Shown: positions 29,515 to 40,201, counted from the stretch's first letter. The stretch is 64,000 nt of DNA from Candidatus Poribacteria bacterium (GCA_963665235.2 CAXXLX010000001.1:2624001-2688000), one strand, 5' to 3'. Notes: generated by a model from the letters alone, not told the origin. Numbers and translations: made by a program.

Positions 29515-30133
29515 GGGTGTGTAAAGTTTTTGTACAAGTTGTTCAGTATTAGTGGTTTAATCGCTAAACATAGCCAATGGTTTCCAACGCGCCAATACTA
29601 TTTTTTATGAAGAAAAATCAAACAGTTCGCAACTAATACCATTTCTAATTGAAAATGTCTCTTTATCGTAGCATAAACTTCCAGTTTGTGCGTGTATTTT
29701 GTAGCATAAACTTCCAGTTTGTGTCTTCCGTTCTCCGTTTCATTTCTAACAACCGGTAATGATAGAATCATTAATAAAAATGGTATAATATAACAGCACC
29801 CCAAAACATTTTTGGGAGGCAAGCGGTGCGTTTTGCAACTCACCGGATTGGACACCGATAGCGTTTGTGTCGAAAGTGTAACTTATGCACTGGAGCCGCA
29901 CAAAAAAATATGAGGCAGAATGGTCCGAAAAGTAGGCGGAACTGATACCCGAAAACCGGCGGTTGAAATGACACATTTTGTTTTTTTTGTGTTGCGAAAA
30001 AGATAGGGGTAAATCGCTTGAAAACATAGACGTGGTATGAGTTTGTGCGACTGCAGCACTGAGAAGTAAATGTTACACTTTGTGTCAAAAGTGTAACTTA
30101 TGCACCGGTTTTGTACAAAAACTTTACACACCC
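29515..30133. mobile_element. 619-bp non-autonomous element with perfect 21-bp TIRs
   Basis: GGGTGTGTAAAGTTTTTGTAC...GTACAAAAACTTTACACACCC; 9-bp duplication CTACGAACA. Confidence 0.85.
29637..29785. mobile_element. Nested MITE (TACCATTT ends, TAA duplication) with 2 REP units
   Basis: Short version of 16487..16902; empty site visible in the homologue at ~23820. Confidence 0.85.
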
Positions 30134-30204
30134 CTACGAACATAACGGTTTGCATATAATCGGATATAAGGGTATAATTAAAAGTGGAGAAAGGAGAAGA
30201 ACGC

Positions 30205-31680
30205 ATGGAAGAAGCAAATGACTTAATACGACAACGTAAAGAAAAATTAAAAGAAATTCGCGAGGCGGGTATTGAACCGTATCCGCATAAATACGCCCCG
30301 ACACATACGACATCAACGATTCATGAGGAGTTTGAAGAAAATGTTTCGGAAACGCCTGACGAGGCACATCGTGTCGTTATTGCGGGCAGAATTATGACGA
30401 AGCGTGACCACGGCAAAAGCAGCTTTGCACATTTGCAAGATGGCGAAGGACGCATCCAAATCTATGTGCGTCGAGACGACATCGGCGCGGAGGTCTACCG
30501 AGTTTATCGACGGTTTGATATCGGTGATATTATCGGTGTGAGCGGGGTTGTCTTCCGTACCCGTACAGGGGAACTCACTGTGCTTGCGGATGAGGTTCAA
30601 CTGCTCTGTAAGTCCATCCGGCCGCTTCCCGAAAAATGGCACGGTTTACAAGATAAACAGACCCGATATAGGCAGCGTTACGCGGATCTAATTATGAATC
30701 CTGAGGTGAAAGCGGTCTTTATCAAACGAACGCAAATTGTCAAAGCCATTCGGGACATGCTCGACGCGGATGGTTTTATTGAGGTTGAAACGCCAGTGCT
30801 TCAACCTATCTATGGTGGGGCGAGTGCGCGTCCCTTCACGACCTATCACAACACTTTGGATCAGCCGCTTTATCTGCGTATTGCCAATGAATTGTATCTC
30901 AAGCGATTGATAGTCGGTGGGTTCGACCGGGTTTACGAATTTTCGCGTGACTTTCGGAACGAAGGCATGGATCGTGATCACAATCCCGAGTTCACGATGC
31001 TTGAACTTTATCAGGCTTACGCAGACTATCGCCAGATAATGGAGCTCACGGAAACCCTCATCACGAAGACAGTGGAAGCTATCCATAAGACAACGAAAAT
31101 TAGTTATCAAGAAAAAGAGATTGATTTTACCCTGCCCTGGTGCAGACTTTCCATGGTTGAAGCGGTTCATGAGTACAGCGGTATTAATCCGGAGGCGTTG
31201 TCAGCCGATGAGCTTTACGCCGCGGCAGTTAGTGCGGACGTTTCATTGGCTGGCGATGAGTCTAAGGGTGAAATTATCGTGGAGCTTTTTGACGAATTCG
31301 TTGAGCCGAAATTAGTCCAACCGACCTTTATCTATGATTACCCGATAGAGGTATCCCCCTTCGCGAAGAAGAAACCGGAGGATCCGGAGTTTGTAGAACG
31401 TTTTGAATTTTTCATTTGCGGGATGGAAATCGGCAACGCCTTCAGCGAGCTCAATGACCCACTCGATCAGCGGCAACGTTTTCTCGAACAAGCAAGCAGT
31501 TTAGAAGCGGGAAATGAGGAAGCCTTCATGGTAGACGAAGATTATCTACGTGCGTTAGAATACGGCATGCCACCCACAGGCGGCCTCGGCATAGGGATTG
31601 ATAGGTTGACAATGCTGTTGACCGATCAGTATTCTATTCGCGATGTTATCCTATTTCCGCAGATGCGTCAGGAGAATTAA
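30205..31680 (+). CDS. lysS: Lysine--tRNA ligase (class II)
   Basis: RQRYADL, YLRIANELYLKRL, FRNEG, HNPEF, YGMPPTGGLGIGIDR. Confidence 0.97.
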   Translation: MEEANDLIRQRKEKLKEIREAGIEPYPHKYAPTHTTSTIHEEFEENVSETPDEAHRVVIAGRIMTKRDHGKSSFAHLQDGEGRIQIYVRRDDIGAEVYRVYRRFDIGDIIGVSGVVFRTRTGELTVLADEVQLLCKSIRPLPEKWHGLQDKQTRYRQRYADLIMNPEVKAVFIKRTQIVKAIRDMLDADGFIEVETPVLQPIYGGASARPFTTYHNTLDQPLYLRIANELYLKRLIVGGFDRVYEFSRDFRNEGMDRDHNPEFTMLELYQAYADYRQIMELTETLITKTVEAIHKTTKISYQEKEIDFTLPWCRLSMVEAVHEYSGINPEALSADELYAAAVSADVSLAGDESKGEIIVELFDEFVEPKLVQPTFIYDYPIEVSPFAKKKPEDPEFVERFEFFICGMEIGNAFSELNDPLDQRQRFLEQASSLEAGNEEAFMVDEDYLRALEYGMPPTGGLGIGIDRLTMLLTDQYSIRDVILFPQMRQEN

Positions 31681-31681
31681 T

Positions 31682-32263
31682 ATGGAAACTGCACCGATAC
31701 TCCGGACAGAAAGATTGATACTCCGTTCCTTTACACTTTCGGATGCCCCGGAGGTACAACGGCTTGCTAGCGACCCCGATGTGGCATTGATGACAGCAAG
31801 GGTACCGCATCCTTATGAAGATGGAATGGCGGAGGCGTGGATTAGTGGAAACGCAGCAAAATTTGAAGAGGGAGCCGGCCTCTATTTCGCAATTACCAGC
31901 AGAACCGAACAAACGGCACAAGCCCTCCCTTTGATTGGAACAATCAGTTTAGAAATTGACCACGCTGAAAAAACGGCTGAACTCGGTTATTGGCTGGGTA
32001 AGCCGTATTGGAACCGTGGATATTGTACGGAGGCAGCGACCGCGGTTGTCAGGTACGGTTTTGAGGTGAAGAAGCTCACCTATATTCACGCCTGCTACCT
32101 CGAGCGAAATCCCGCATCGGGCAGGGTACTCCAAAAAATTGGGATGCAATACGAAGCCCATTGCCCGAAAGCGATTAAAAGAGGTGACGTGCCTGAAGAT
32201 GTCATTCAATACGGTATGCAAAGATCAGCATTCGATAAAGTAATAGACATTATACCGTTTTAG
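31682..32263 (+). CDS. GNAT N-acetyltransferase (RimJ/RimL family)
   Basis: LRTERLILR, ELGYWLGKPYWNRGYCTEA, NPASGRVLQKIGM. Confidence 0.9.
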   Translation: METAPILRTERLILRSFTLSDAPEVQRLASDPDVALMTARVPHPYEDGMAEAWISGNAAKFEEGAGLYFAITSRTEQTAQALPLIGTISLEIDHAEKTAELGYWLGKPYWNRGYCTEAATAVVRYGFEVKKLTYIHACYLERNPASGRVLQKIGMQYEAHCPKAIKRGDVPEDVIQYGMQRSAFDKVIDIIPF

Positions 32264-32506
32264 GAGCGCGGCTGTTCCGTTAAGAGGCATGGTGCGTAGG
32301 GGCGGGGTCCCCCCGCCTTTTTTAGGAGCGCGGCTGTTCCGTTAAGAGGCATGGTGCGTAGGGGCGGGGTCCCCCCGCCCGAGTTGAAGTCGTGTTTAGT
32401 CGTGTTTTGGGCGAGGCGATGTCGCCCTTAGAGGAGCAGGGAACCTGTAGCCCGAATACTGATGTTCGAGGCCTACTCTGATTAAATTAAATCATTATAA
32501 TGTCTA
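32244..32506. mobile_element. MITE (TAGACATTAT ends) with internal 62-bp tandem duplication
   Basis: Ends match 24352..24519; overlaps the GNAT stop codon. Confidence 0.75.
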
Positions 32507-32709
32507 ATGTGATTGGCAGAATGGTGATGGCATTTCTGCCACGGTTACCTGTTTATAGAGAGGAATAGGTTTCATGAAATTCGCCTTATCAAACCGCAAG
32601 GAGATATCGCTTATGGTTGGCGTTTCTGCCTGCAGCTGTCTGTCTATGGAGATGGATAATAAGTTTTAGGAAATTCGCCTTATCAAACCGCAAGGAAACA
32701 TCAAAAATT

Positions 32710-34167
32710 ATGAAATTTGAATGGTTTGTCGCCCTGCGATATCTGTTATCGCGCCGAAAACAGTCATTTATCACTGTGATTAGCATTATCTCTATTGCAG
32801 GGGTCGGGCTCGGGGTTGCTACAGTAATTTTGGTTATTGCTGTTTTAGATGGGGTTGAACAGGGGCTCAAAGATCGATTCCTTGCAAATGAGGCGCATGT
32901 GATTCTGCGGGTGTTAGGGAACGATTTCTTCGGTGATTACGAGAATAGGATTAAGAGAATTAAGGCGATTGAAGACGTTGTTGCTGCCTCGCCAGTTGTC
33001 TATACGCAAATAGGTGTTTTCCAAAAAGATAGCAAAGGGATTGATGATGTTATTTACATCAAAGGGATTGAGCCTGCGCTGGAGGAGGAGGTAACGGGAT
33101 TCTCCCAATTTGTATCCGGTTCAGTTGATTTCAAGGAGTCCCCCTTAATAGCGGAGGCACGGTTCTTGAAAGACATCACTATCACCGGAGGCATAGTAGT
33201 CGGTTCGCGTTTAGCTGCCCGGCTCGGTATCATCGAGGGAGATGTGCTGCGGCTCGTGGTTGAATTGGTAGAGATTCGGGAGGGGGAGTTCCACCCCCGT
33301 ATCAGGAACTTTGTTGTCATCGGCCTGTATGAATCGGAATTAGCAGTTTATGATAACCGCCTTGGGTTTATCCATATTGACGCGGCACAAAAGATTCAGA
33401 AAGCGGAAGGCAAAGCGAATGTGATTTTGGTTCGGCTATCGGACCCCGAGTTGGCAACCGACATCGGGCCGCTGATCGAGGAGGCAGCTGATTTCTCTAT
33501 ATTTGAGGGGGCCCCGATAACGACGACGTGGATGGAGACACATGCCCCGCTGTTCACCGCGCTGGAGCTGGAAAAAATGGCGACTATCATTATTGAGGCA
33601 CTGATTATTTTGGTAGCTGCCTTTAATATTGCCAGCACCTTGATTATGGTGGTTATGGAAAAGACGCGCGACGTTGGCATGTTACGCACCCTCGGTGCTT
33701 CACGCGGAGACATTATACGCATCTTCATGATTCAGGGGAGCGTTATCGGCACGTTGGGAACAATTGCTGGCACTGTGCTAGGGCTTGGAATCTGTTGGCT
33801 GCTAAGCACGAATGTTATGCGGCCCTCCCCTTGGTTCGCGTTTGGTGTGTTGGGCGTGCTTATCCTCTGTCAGCTCTTTATTGCATTCCGCCGGATTGTG
33901 CCGCTGCCAAAAGGCGGTAAGCTCGGATTAGTTATCTTCTGGCTTCTGGCAATAGGGTTCGGGCTTTACTGTCTCGTTGAACCTATCTCTTTACGAGAGT
34001 TGAAGTTGAGTGAAATCTACCAAATGAATCAACTTCCGATAAAAATAAATTGGTTCTTTGTAATTTTCATCAACGCTCTCTCATTAGTTCTTTGCTGGCT
34101 TGCGACGCTATATCCTGCATGGCAAGCATCAAATTTGAAACCGATTGAGGCGTTACAATACGAATAA
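32710..34167 (+). CDS. Lipoprotein-releasing ABC transporter permease (LolC/E family)
   Basis: FEWFVALRYL, AAFNIASTLIMVVMEK, LYPAWQAS.LKPIEAL. Confidence 0.9.
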   Translation: MKFEWFVALRYLLSRRKQSFITVISIISIAGVGLGVATVILVIAVLDGVEQGLKDRFLANEAHVILRVLGNDFFGDYENRIKRIKAIEDVVAASPVVYTQIGVFQKDSKGIDDVIYIKGIEPALEEEVTGFSQFVSGSVDFKESPLIAEARFLKDITITGGIVVGSRLAARLGIIEGDVLRLVVELVEIREGEFHPRIRNFVVIGLYESELAVYDNRLGFIHIDAAQKIQKAEGKANVILVRLSDPELATDIGPLIEEAADFSIFEGAPITTTWMETHAPLFTALELEKMATIIIEALIILVAAFNIASTLIMVVMEKTRDVGMLRTLGASRGDIIRIFMIQGSVIGTLGTIAGTVLGLGICWLLSTNVMRPSPWFAFGVLGVLILCQLFIAFRRIVPLPKGGKLGLVIFWLLAIGFGLYCLVEPISLRELKLSEIYQMNQLPIKINWFFVIFINALSLVLCWLATLYPAWQASNLKPIEALQYE

Positions 34168-34239
34168 TTGCGGTAGGTACGCTATACTAAAGTTTGGGCA
34201 ATTTTAGGGGTGGGTAACGTTCTTGTCAAAGGGATAGGT

Positions 34240-34440
34240 GGAAGGGGGGAAGGATGGAAGGATGGAAGGATGGAAGGATGGAAGGGTGGAAGATTGGATT
34301 TCGCTTGTGTTGTCAGAATGCACGTCGCATTTGGGCGAGTACTCCGCAAATCGCGGAGAACACAGAGAACACAGAGGACGTGGAAAAAAGAGGGGTTTGG
34401 CTAAAATCTATAAACATATCGCCCCGATGGGGCTAGGTTG
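34240..34440. repeat. GGAAGGAT 8-mer run + ~60-bp element + 9-mer run + CTATAAA hairpin
   Basis: Directly visible; modules shared with 19141-19445 and 50043-50200. Confidence 0.8.
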
Positions 34441-34491
34441 TGTGTCGTTCGCGTTTGCTATGCAACGTTTTTAGACATCAAATTAAGATTA

Positions 34492-35199
34492 ATGGAAAAA
34501 CTCATACGGATAGTTGATTTACATAAATCCTTTTATGATGGTGAGATGGAGTTGAAAATCCTTAAAGGCGTAAACCTCGATATTCACACATCGGAGGTCC
34601 TTGCGATTATGGGGGCATCAGGTGTCGGGAAAAGCACGTTGCTGCATATCCTCGGCACGCTTGACCGTCCCACATCTGGGAACATTTTTTACGAGGGGCA
34701 GGATATCTCCGCGTTTTCGGAACGTGAGCTGACTCGGTTCAGGAATGACGCTATCGGATTTGTGTTTCAGTTTCACCAATTGTTGCCGGAATTTACCGCT
34801 TTGGAAAATGTTGCAATGGGCAGATTAATCAGGGATGCGAAAAACCGTAAGGACGCAGGAGCGAAAAACGGAAACTGGGACAGTGCTTATGAAAACGCCG
34901 CAGAACTTCTTGCTGAGGTCGGGCTCTCTGAACGATTGGAACACTATCCGAGTCAACTTTCCGGCGGGGAGCGACAACGGGTCGCCATCGCGCGTGCATT
35001 GATTAACCAACCCAAAGTGGTCCTGGCGGATGAACCTACTGGGAATATTGATGATAAAACGAGTGAAGCAGTGTTTGACGTTTTCCGAGCTATCAATATG
35101 CATTTGAATCAAACATTTGTTATTGTGACACACGATGTACGCCTGGCAGAACGCGCGGACCGAACAGTTCATCTTGTTGATGGTATAATCGCTGACTGA
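34492..35199 (+). CDS. lolD: Lipoprotein-releasing ABC transporter ATPase
   Basis: [36 protein letters not shown]. Confidence 0.9.
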   Translation: MEKLIRIVDLHKSFYDGEMELKILKGVNLDIHTSEVLAIMGASGVGKSTLLHILGTLDRPTSGNIFYEGQDISAFSERELTRFRNDAIGFVFQFHQLLPEFTALENVAMGRLIRDAKNRKDAGAKNGNWDSAYENAAELLAEVGLSERLEHYPSQLSGGERQRVAIARALINQPKVVLADEPTGNIDDKTSEAVFDVFRAINMHLNQTFVIVTHDVRLAERADRTVHLVDGIIAD

Positions 35200-35250
35200 A
35201 ACATATTGCTAGGAGGGCAACACTGTAAAATTCGAAAGATGCAAATTTGA

Positions 35251-35280
35251 TTGACATTGAACCGTAGTGTATGCTATACT
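35251..35280 (+). promoter_or_regulatory. sigma70 promoter upstream of ilvE-bamA
   Basis: TTGACA-18-TATACT with extended TG. Confidence 0.65.
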
Positions 35281-35379
35281 CCTTTAAAGTCAAATTCGAC
35301 ATCATGTATATTACAGAAAAGGCCCCTACGGCTTGAAAATAGATGGGTTTTGCATGAACTACTTAGGAAGGGATAGGTT

Positions 35380-36261
35380 ATGTTGATTTATATCGACGGA
35401 GAGTTTCTACCGAAGGCAGAAGCAAAGATTTCTGTCTTCGACCATGGACTACTGTATGGCGATGGTGTTTTTGAAGGTATTCGTTGCTATAACGGTAGGG
35501 TTTTTAAGTTGGATGAACACTTGGAAAGGCTCTATGATTCTGCGAAGTCGCTGAGATTGCAGATTCCGATGCCGATTGCGGTTTTAAAGGAAAAGGTGCT
35601 GGAGACGCTCCGTCGAAATCAGCTGAGAGAAGCATATATCCGATTGATTGTGACTCGTGGCATTGGCGATTTAGGTCTCGATCCGGATCTGTGTGAAACT
35701 CCCTCAATTATCATTATTGCAGACGAGATTTCGCTGTACCCGCAGCATTTCTATGAAAACGGGTTGGAAATTGTGACGGTATCCATTCGGCGGAATTATC
35801 CGGAGGCTATCAATCCTCGCATTAAATCCCTTAATTATCTGAACAACATTCTGGCGAAAATTGAGGGAAAACAGGCTGGGGCAGTTGAGGCATTGATGCT
35901 CGATGCAGATGGTTACGTTGTGGAATGTACCGGGGATAACATTTTTTGGGTTAAAAATGAGATGATTGTCACGCCACCAGTTCATATCGGAATTTTAGAG
36001 GGTGTGACCCGTAATAGTGTGATTGCACTTGCTCGCGAGGCAGGATTCCAGGTTGAAGAACGGCTTTTCACCCGGCATGACCTATACATTGCAGATGAGT
36101 GCTTTCTGACAGGCACCGCAGCGGAGGTTATCCCGGTGGTTAAACTGGATCAGCGGGTTATCGGAAACGGGTGCCCTGGAAAGGTGACGCGGAAACTTAT
36201 TGCTGCCTTTCAGCAACTTGCGAACAGTGTCGGGACTCCGATACGCCCAGAGGACGCTTGA
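35380..36261 (+). CDS. ilvE: Branched-chain amino acid aminotransferase
   Basis: DHGLLYGDGVFEG, KSLNYLNNIL, ILEGVTR, GTAAEV. Confidence 0.95.
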   Translation: MLIYIDGEFLPKAEAKISVFDHGLLYGDGVFEGIRCYNGRVFKLDEHLERLYDSAKSLRLQIPMPIAVLKEKVLETLRRNQLREAYIRLIVTRGIGDLGLDPDLCETPSIIIIADEISLYPQHFYENGLEIVTVSIRRNYPEAINPRIKSLNYLNNILAKIEGKQAGAVEALMLDADGYVVECTGDNIFWVKNEMIVTPPVHIGILEGVTRNSVIALAREAGFQVEERLFTRHDLYIADECFLTGTAAEVIPVVKLDQRVIGNGCPGKVTRKLIAAFQQLANSVGTPIRPEDA

Positions 36262-36329
36262 AATATACTAGAACTTCGGAAGCGAGCAGCCGCTGCTTGC
36301 ATTTAACACTTCAAGTTTAAGGAGAACGG

Positions 36330-38780
36330 TTGAGCATGGATAGCATCAAACATTCTACGTTGACTTTCGTTTTGCGATTAGCCGCTGTGGCTATCTTGTT
36401 TGTGGTGAGCTTGGCAGGAGCAGAGGAGCCGGCGGATACGGCGAAGCAACCAGAGCAACCCACCGAAGAAGGACAACAGGCAGCCCCTACAACACCTGAG
36501 GAACCGACTTCAACACCGGCTGTTGATGAAGCATTTGTGGTGAAAAAAATCACCTTCAAAGGCGTACAAACACTCCACGAGGAGATGTTGTTGACACTCA
36601 TTCAAACCCAAGTTGGGCACGAAATCTCCGGAGAGTTGCTCACAAAAGATATCGGAAGTTTGTACAAGGATACCGGATTCTTCTCCGATATAGCGGTGGA
36701 GCCACTTCCTGCTGAAGGCGGCGGTTTTGAGGTTGTCTATCATCTTGTGGAACGACCCAAAATTGAGGGGATCAGTATCACCGGCAACGAGAAGCTAGAT
36801 ATAGGCAATCTCATGAAGTTGGTGACCTTGAATCCTACGGAGATTTACAGCGAGCGGCACCGCTGGCAAAGTGAACGGGCAATCCGAAAACTTTACCACG
36901 AAAAAGGCTACTACCTTGCGGGTATCCAGGTTCACCTGGATAAAAACGCGGAGGAGAATAGCGTCCAGGTAACGTTTGAAATTGATGAGGGCCCACGGGT
37001 GCGAATTAAGGAGATTAACTTTATCGGAAATGAGCGGGTGTCAGCGAAAAAGCTGCGGAAGCAGATGAAGACGCGTATCGGCAAACATTTTGATGAGATG
37101 CTCTTCGAAGAGGAGGATTTAGGCTTAAATCTTCGGAATTACTATCAGGACCGCGGCTTTGCCTTAGTGAAAATTTTGGGACATACCAAAAGTTTCAACG
37201 CGGATAAAACCGAATTAATGCTGGACATCACCGTTGACGAAGGTCCGGAATTTGTCGTCGGCACGTACACCCTAAATATTCAGGCAGGTGCCAAAACCGT
37301 TTTTTCCGAGAAAAAAATACGGCGGATGGTAGACCCAGCAGAAGGCGAAATTTTCAACCGCGCAATCTTTGACGAATCCATTCAAAAACTACAGCAAGCC
37401 TATCTCGATAAAGGTTACCTGCTTTCAAGCGTAGCACCGATACCCGATTTTGATGAAGCAGACGGTTTGGTCAATATCACCTTGAACATAGATGAAGGGG
37501 ATGTGATAGTTATTAATAACGTCAGGATTACCGGTTTAGAAAAAACGAAGGAGAATATTGTCAGGCGTGAGCTAGATTGGCTTGACATCAAACCGGATGA
37601 GTTGCTTGACGTAAAAGCCCTTCGGAAAGCGCGCCAACGTTTGTTCCAGATGGGCTCGTTTATTCGTGCGGTGGATTTTGTTCCCAGCGACACTGAAAAT
37701 GACAATAGTAAAGATTTGGTCGTCAATATTGCCGAAACGCCTAGAACCGGTATGGTCCAATTGGGTGGCGGTTATGGCAGTGAAGGCGGGATTTTCGGCA
37801 GTGCGGAAGTCGGGCAGAATAACCTGTTCGGCCGCGCCTATCGTGTGCATGTCAAAGGGGAATTAGGCACACGTGACCATCACACCGCCCAAATTAGTTT
37901 CGGTACCCCCTGGATTTTGGGGACCCCTACACGCCTAAATGCACAGATTTATGATAACCGACGTTTCCGAAGCTATTACGGAACGGTCGGAGCTATTCTC
38001 AATAATGAGGATGTCGGCAGGTATGTTTGGGGACGACGGGGTGCATCTCTAACACTCGGTCGGCCAATCGCTTACGACATTGACCTTTCGGTCAGGTTAC
38101 GGAATGAACGTGTGAACGTCGAAAAACCGGATCAGGATGCGGACCCGATTAATCGTTCCACCCGAAGTATTCTCTTTGCTGTGGGCAGAGATACACGCGA
38201 TTATCGCACATCCCTGTTTGATCCGACTGCTGGCTCCTTTAATACCCTCTCTTATGAATACTCAGGCGGAATCTTAGGGGCGGACAACCATTTCCAGAAG
38301 TACACGGCTGACAGTAGCTGGTTCGTTAGTCCGTGGTGGAATCATGTTATTGCTGTTCATGCCCGCGCGGGGTATATGCGAAGTAGGCGGGCGGATTACC
38401 AAGATTTCTTTTACGAACGTTTTTACCTTGGCGGTGTTGACACGATTCGCGGTTACGAGAACTTCGAAATTTATCCGGACCCTGATGAAAATGGCAAATA
38501 CAATCCGTACGGCGGTGACAAAGTGTTTTTTTCCAATTTGGAGTACCGAATTCCCGTTTCCCCACAGCTCACTGCAGCCCTTTTCTTTGATATGGGCCAA
38601 GTCTGGGATGAAAGTGTCAGCAATGTTTTTAACCAAATCAACTTGAAACGCGGGGTTGGGGCAGAAGTCCGTTTTAACATGCTCGGCATGTTGGCACGTT
38701 TGGGCTGGGGATATGGCCTCGACCGAGCCAGTGGTCAAGCAAGCGGTAAGTTCCATTTTACAATTGGGCCCGGTTTCTAA
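36330..38780 (+). CDS. bamA: Outer-membrane protein assembly factor BamA
   Basis: POTRA repeats, FYLGGVDTIRGY, terminal FTIGPGF. Confidence 0.95.
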   Translation: MSMDSIKHSTLTFVLRLAAVAILFVVSLAGAEEPADTAKQPEQPTEEGQQAAPTTPEEPTSTPAVDEAFVVKKITFKGVQTLHEEMLLTLIQTQVGHEISGELLTKDIGSLYKDTGFFSDIAVEPLPAEGGGFEVVYHLVERPKIEGISITGNEKLDIGNLMKLVTLNPTEIYSERHRWQSERAIRKLYHEKGYYLAGIQVHLDKNAEENSVQVTFEIDEGPRVRIKEINFIGNERVSAKKLRKQMKTRIGKHFDEMLFEEEDLGLNLRNYYQDRGFALVKILGHTKSFNADKTELMLDITVDEGPEFVVGTYTLNIQAGAKTVFSEKKIRRMVDPAEGEIFNRAIFDESIQKLQQAYLDKGYLLSSVAPIPDFDEADGLVNITLNIDEGDVIVINNVRITGLEKTKENIVRRELDWLDIKPDELLDVKALRKARQRLFQMGSFIRAVDFVPSDTENDNSKDLVVNIAETPRTGMVQLGGGYGSEGGIFGSAEVGQNNLFGRAYRVHVKGELGTRDHHTAQISFGTPWILGTPTRLNAQIYDNRRFRSYYGTVGAILNNEDVGRYVWGRRGASLTLGRPIAYDIDLSVRLRNERVNVEKPDQDADPINRSTRSILFAVGRDTRDYRTSLFDPTAGSFNTLSYEYSGGILGADNHFQKYTADSSWFVSPWWNHVIAVHARAGYMRSRRADYQDFFYERFYLGGVDTIRGYENFEIYPDPDENGKYNPYGGDKVFFSNLEYRIPVSPQLTAALFFDMGQVWDESVSNVFNQINLKRGVGAEVRFNMLGMLARLGWGYGLDRASGQASGKFHFTIGPGF

Positions 38781-38884
38781 GAAAACCCCCGCAGGAAGGT
38801 TTCGAAAGTATACATTTTTAGAGACACTGTGTCTCGTTAAGATGGGCAATCGAGAATCACCCTCGGTTGCCCAAAGGATAAACT

Positions 38885-39436
38885 ATGAAACGTATTTTGT
38901 TACTGATTTTCTGCATCTCCCTATTTAGTTTTATCTCTAACAGCACCGGCCAAGAGGCATTCAAATTAGGGGTTGTAGATGGCCAGCGAGTTTTAGAGGG
39001 TTACCACAAAGCTGTCGAGGCTAATAAATTGCTGGAAGCCGCGAAGCAACGTTTAGTCGATAAGCTGGAGAGCCTCGTTGAAGAAATCCGAACCCTCGAA
39101 GAAAAAAAGACCAAAACCGAACTTTTTAGATCTGAAGCGGAGAGTGCTGATTTAGTACAGCAAATTCGACTCAAACAGGAAGCATACGGACGGGAGCGAA
39201 ATGCTGGCGAGGAAGCACTCTTTACAAAACAGCAGGAACTCATGGTCCCCATCTTGAAAGAAATTGAGGAACTCATCATCAAAACAGGCGAAGCGGAGGG
39301 GTATGACCTCATTCTTAACAAAACAGCTGTCCTGTATGTGAATGAGAAATACGACTTGACCGATAAACTCATTAAATTGATAAATGCAGGAAAAGAAGCC
39401 GAGCCAGAAACAGAGACAGAGCCGGCCCCCGAATAG
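38885..39436 (+). CDS. skp: OmpH/Skp periplasmic chaperone
   Basis: Signal peptide, KLGVVD, GYDLIL, YDLTDKLI; bamA-skp-lpxD synteny. Confidence 0.92.
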   Translation: MKRILLLIFCISLFSFISNSTGQEAFKLGVVDGQRVLEGYHKAVEANKLLEAAKQRLVDKLESLVEEIRTLEEKKTKTELFRSEAESADLVQQIRLKQEAYGRERNAGEEALFTKQQELMVPILKEIEELIIKTGEAEGYDLILNKTAVLYVNEKYDLTDKLIKLINAGKEAEPETETEPAPE

Positions 39437-39561
39437 CTATATCCGCTGTCTGAGCTGCCAGTTCAAACGTTTGGTTGCATGCGATTTGGAACGGCGCAAC
39501 ATGCCGAACAACATCCGAACTCATCCGTGCTTAGCTTAAGCAGCTACGTGATGTGCCCTAA

Positions 39562-39695
39562 ATGGTTCACTCGGTAATTAATTTGGGTTCTGCTCGTTCT
39601 AAATACCCCCCTAACCCTCCCGCAGGCGGGGGGGATGGACTTTTGGCTGTATTCCGCGAGTTCTATATATCAGAGATATTTAGCGATTAAACCAC
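39562..39695. mobile_element. 134-bp MITE with TAA duplication
   Basis: Absent from the duplicated spacer at ~40320; right end matches 29551 GTGGTTTAATCGCTAAA. Confidence 0.75.
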
Positions 39696-39709
39696 TAAAT
39701 GAGGTAAGT

Positions 39710-40201
39710 ATGAGTATCAAAAACAGCACCGGCCAAGAGGCATTCAAATTAGGGGTTGCAGATGCCCAGCGAGTTTTGGAGGGTTACCACAAAGCCATAG
39801 ATGCTGATAAGTTGCTGGAAGCCGCGAAGCAACGTTTAGTCGATAAGCTGGAGACCCGTGTTGAAGGAATTCGAACCCTCGAAGAGAAAAAGACCAAAAC
39901 CGAACTTTTTAAATCTGAAGCGGAGAGGGCGGATTTAGAACAGCAAATTCGACTCGAACAGGAAGTATACGTACGGGAGCGAAATGCTGGCGAGGAAGCA
40001 CTCTTTGCAAAACAGCGGGAGCTTATGGTCCCCATCTTGAAAGAAATTGAAGAACTCATCATTAAAACGGGTGAAGCGGAGGGGTATGACCTCATTCTTA
40101 ACAAAACAGCTGTCCTGTATGTGAATGAGAAACACGACTTAACCGATAAAGTCATTGAATTAATAAATGCGGGTCCAGAGCTAGAGCTGGCCCCCGAATA
40201 G
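39710..40201 (+). CDS. skp: Second Skp copy lacking signal peptide (lpxD-start chimera)
   Basis: MSIK and RBS identical to lpxD start, fused to NSTGQEAFKLGV of skp. Confidence 0.8.
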   Translation: MSIKNSTGQEAFKLGVADAQRVLEGYHKAIDADKLLEAAKQRLVDKLETRVEGIRTLEEKKTKTELFKSEAERADLEQQIRLEQEVYVRERNAGEEALFAKQRELMVPILKEIEELIIKTGEAEGYDLILNKTAVLYVNEKHDLTDKVIELINAGPELELAPE

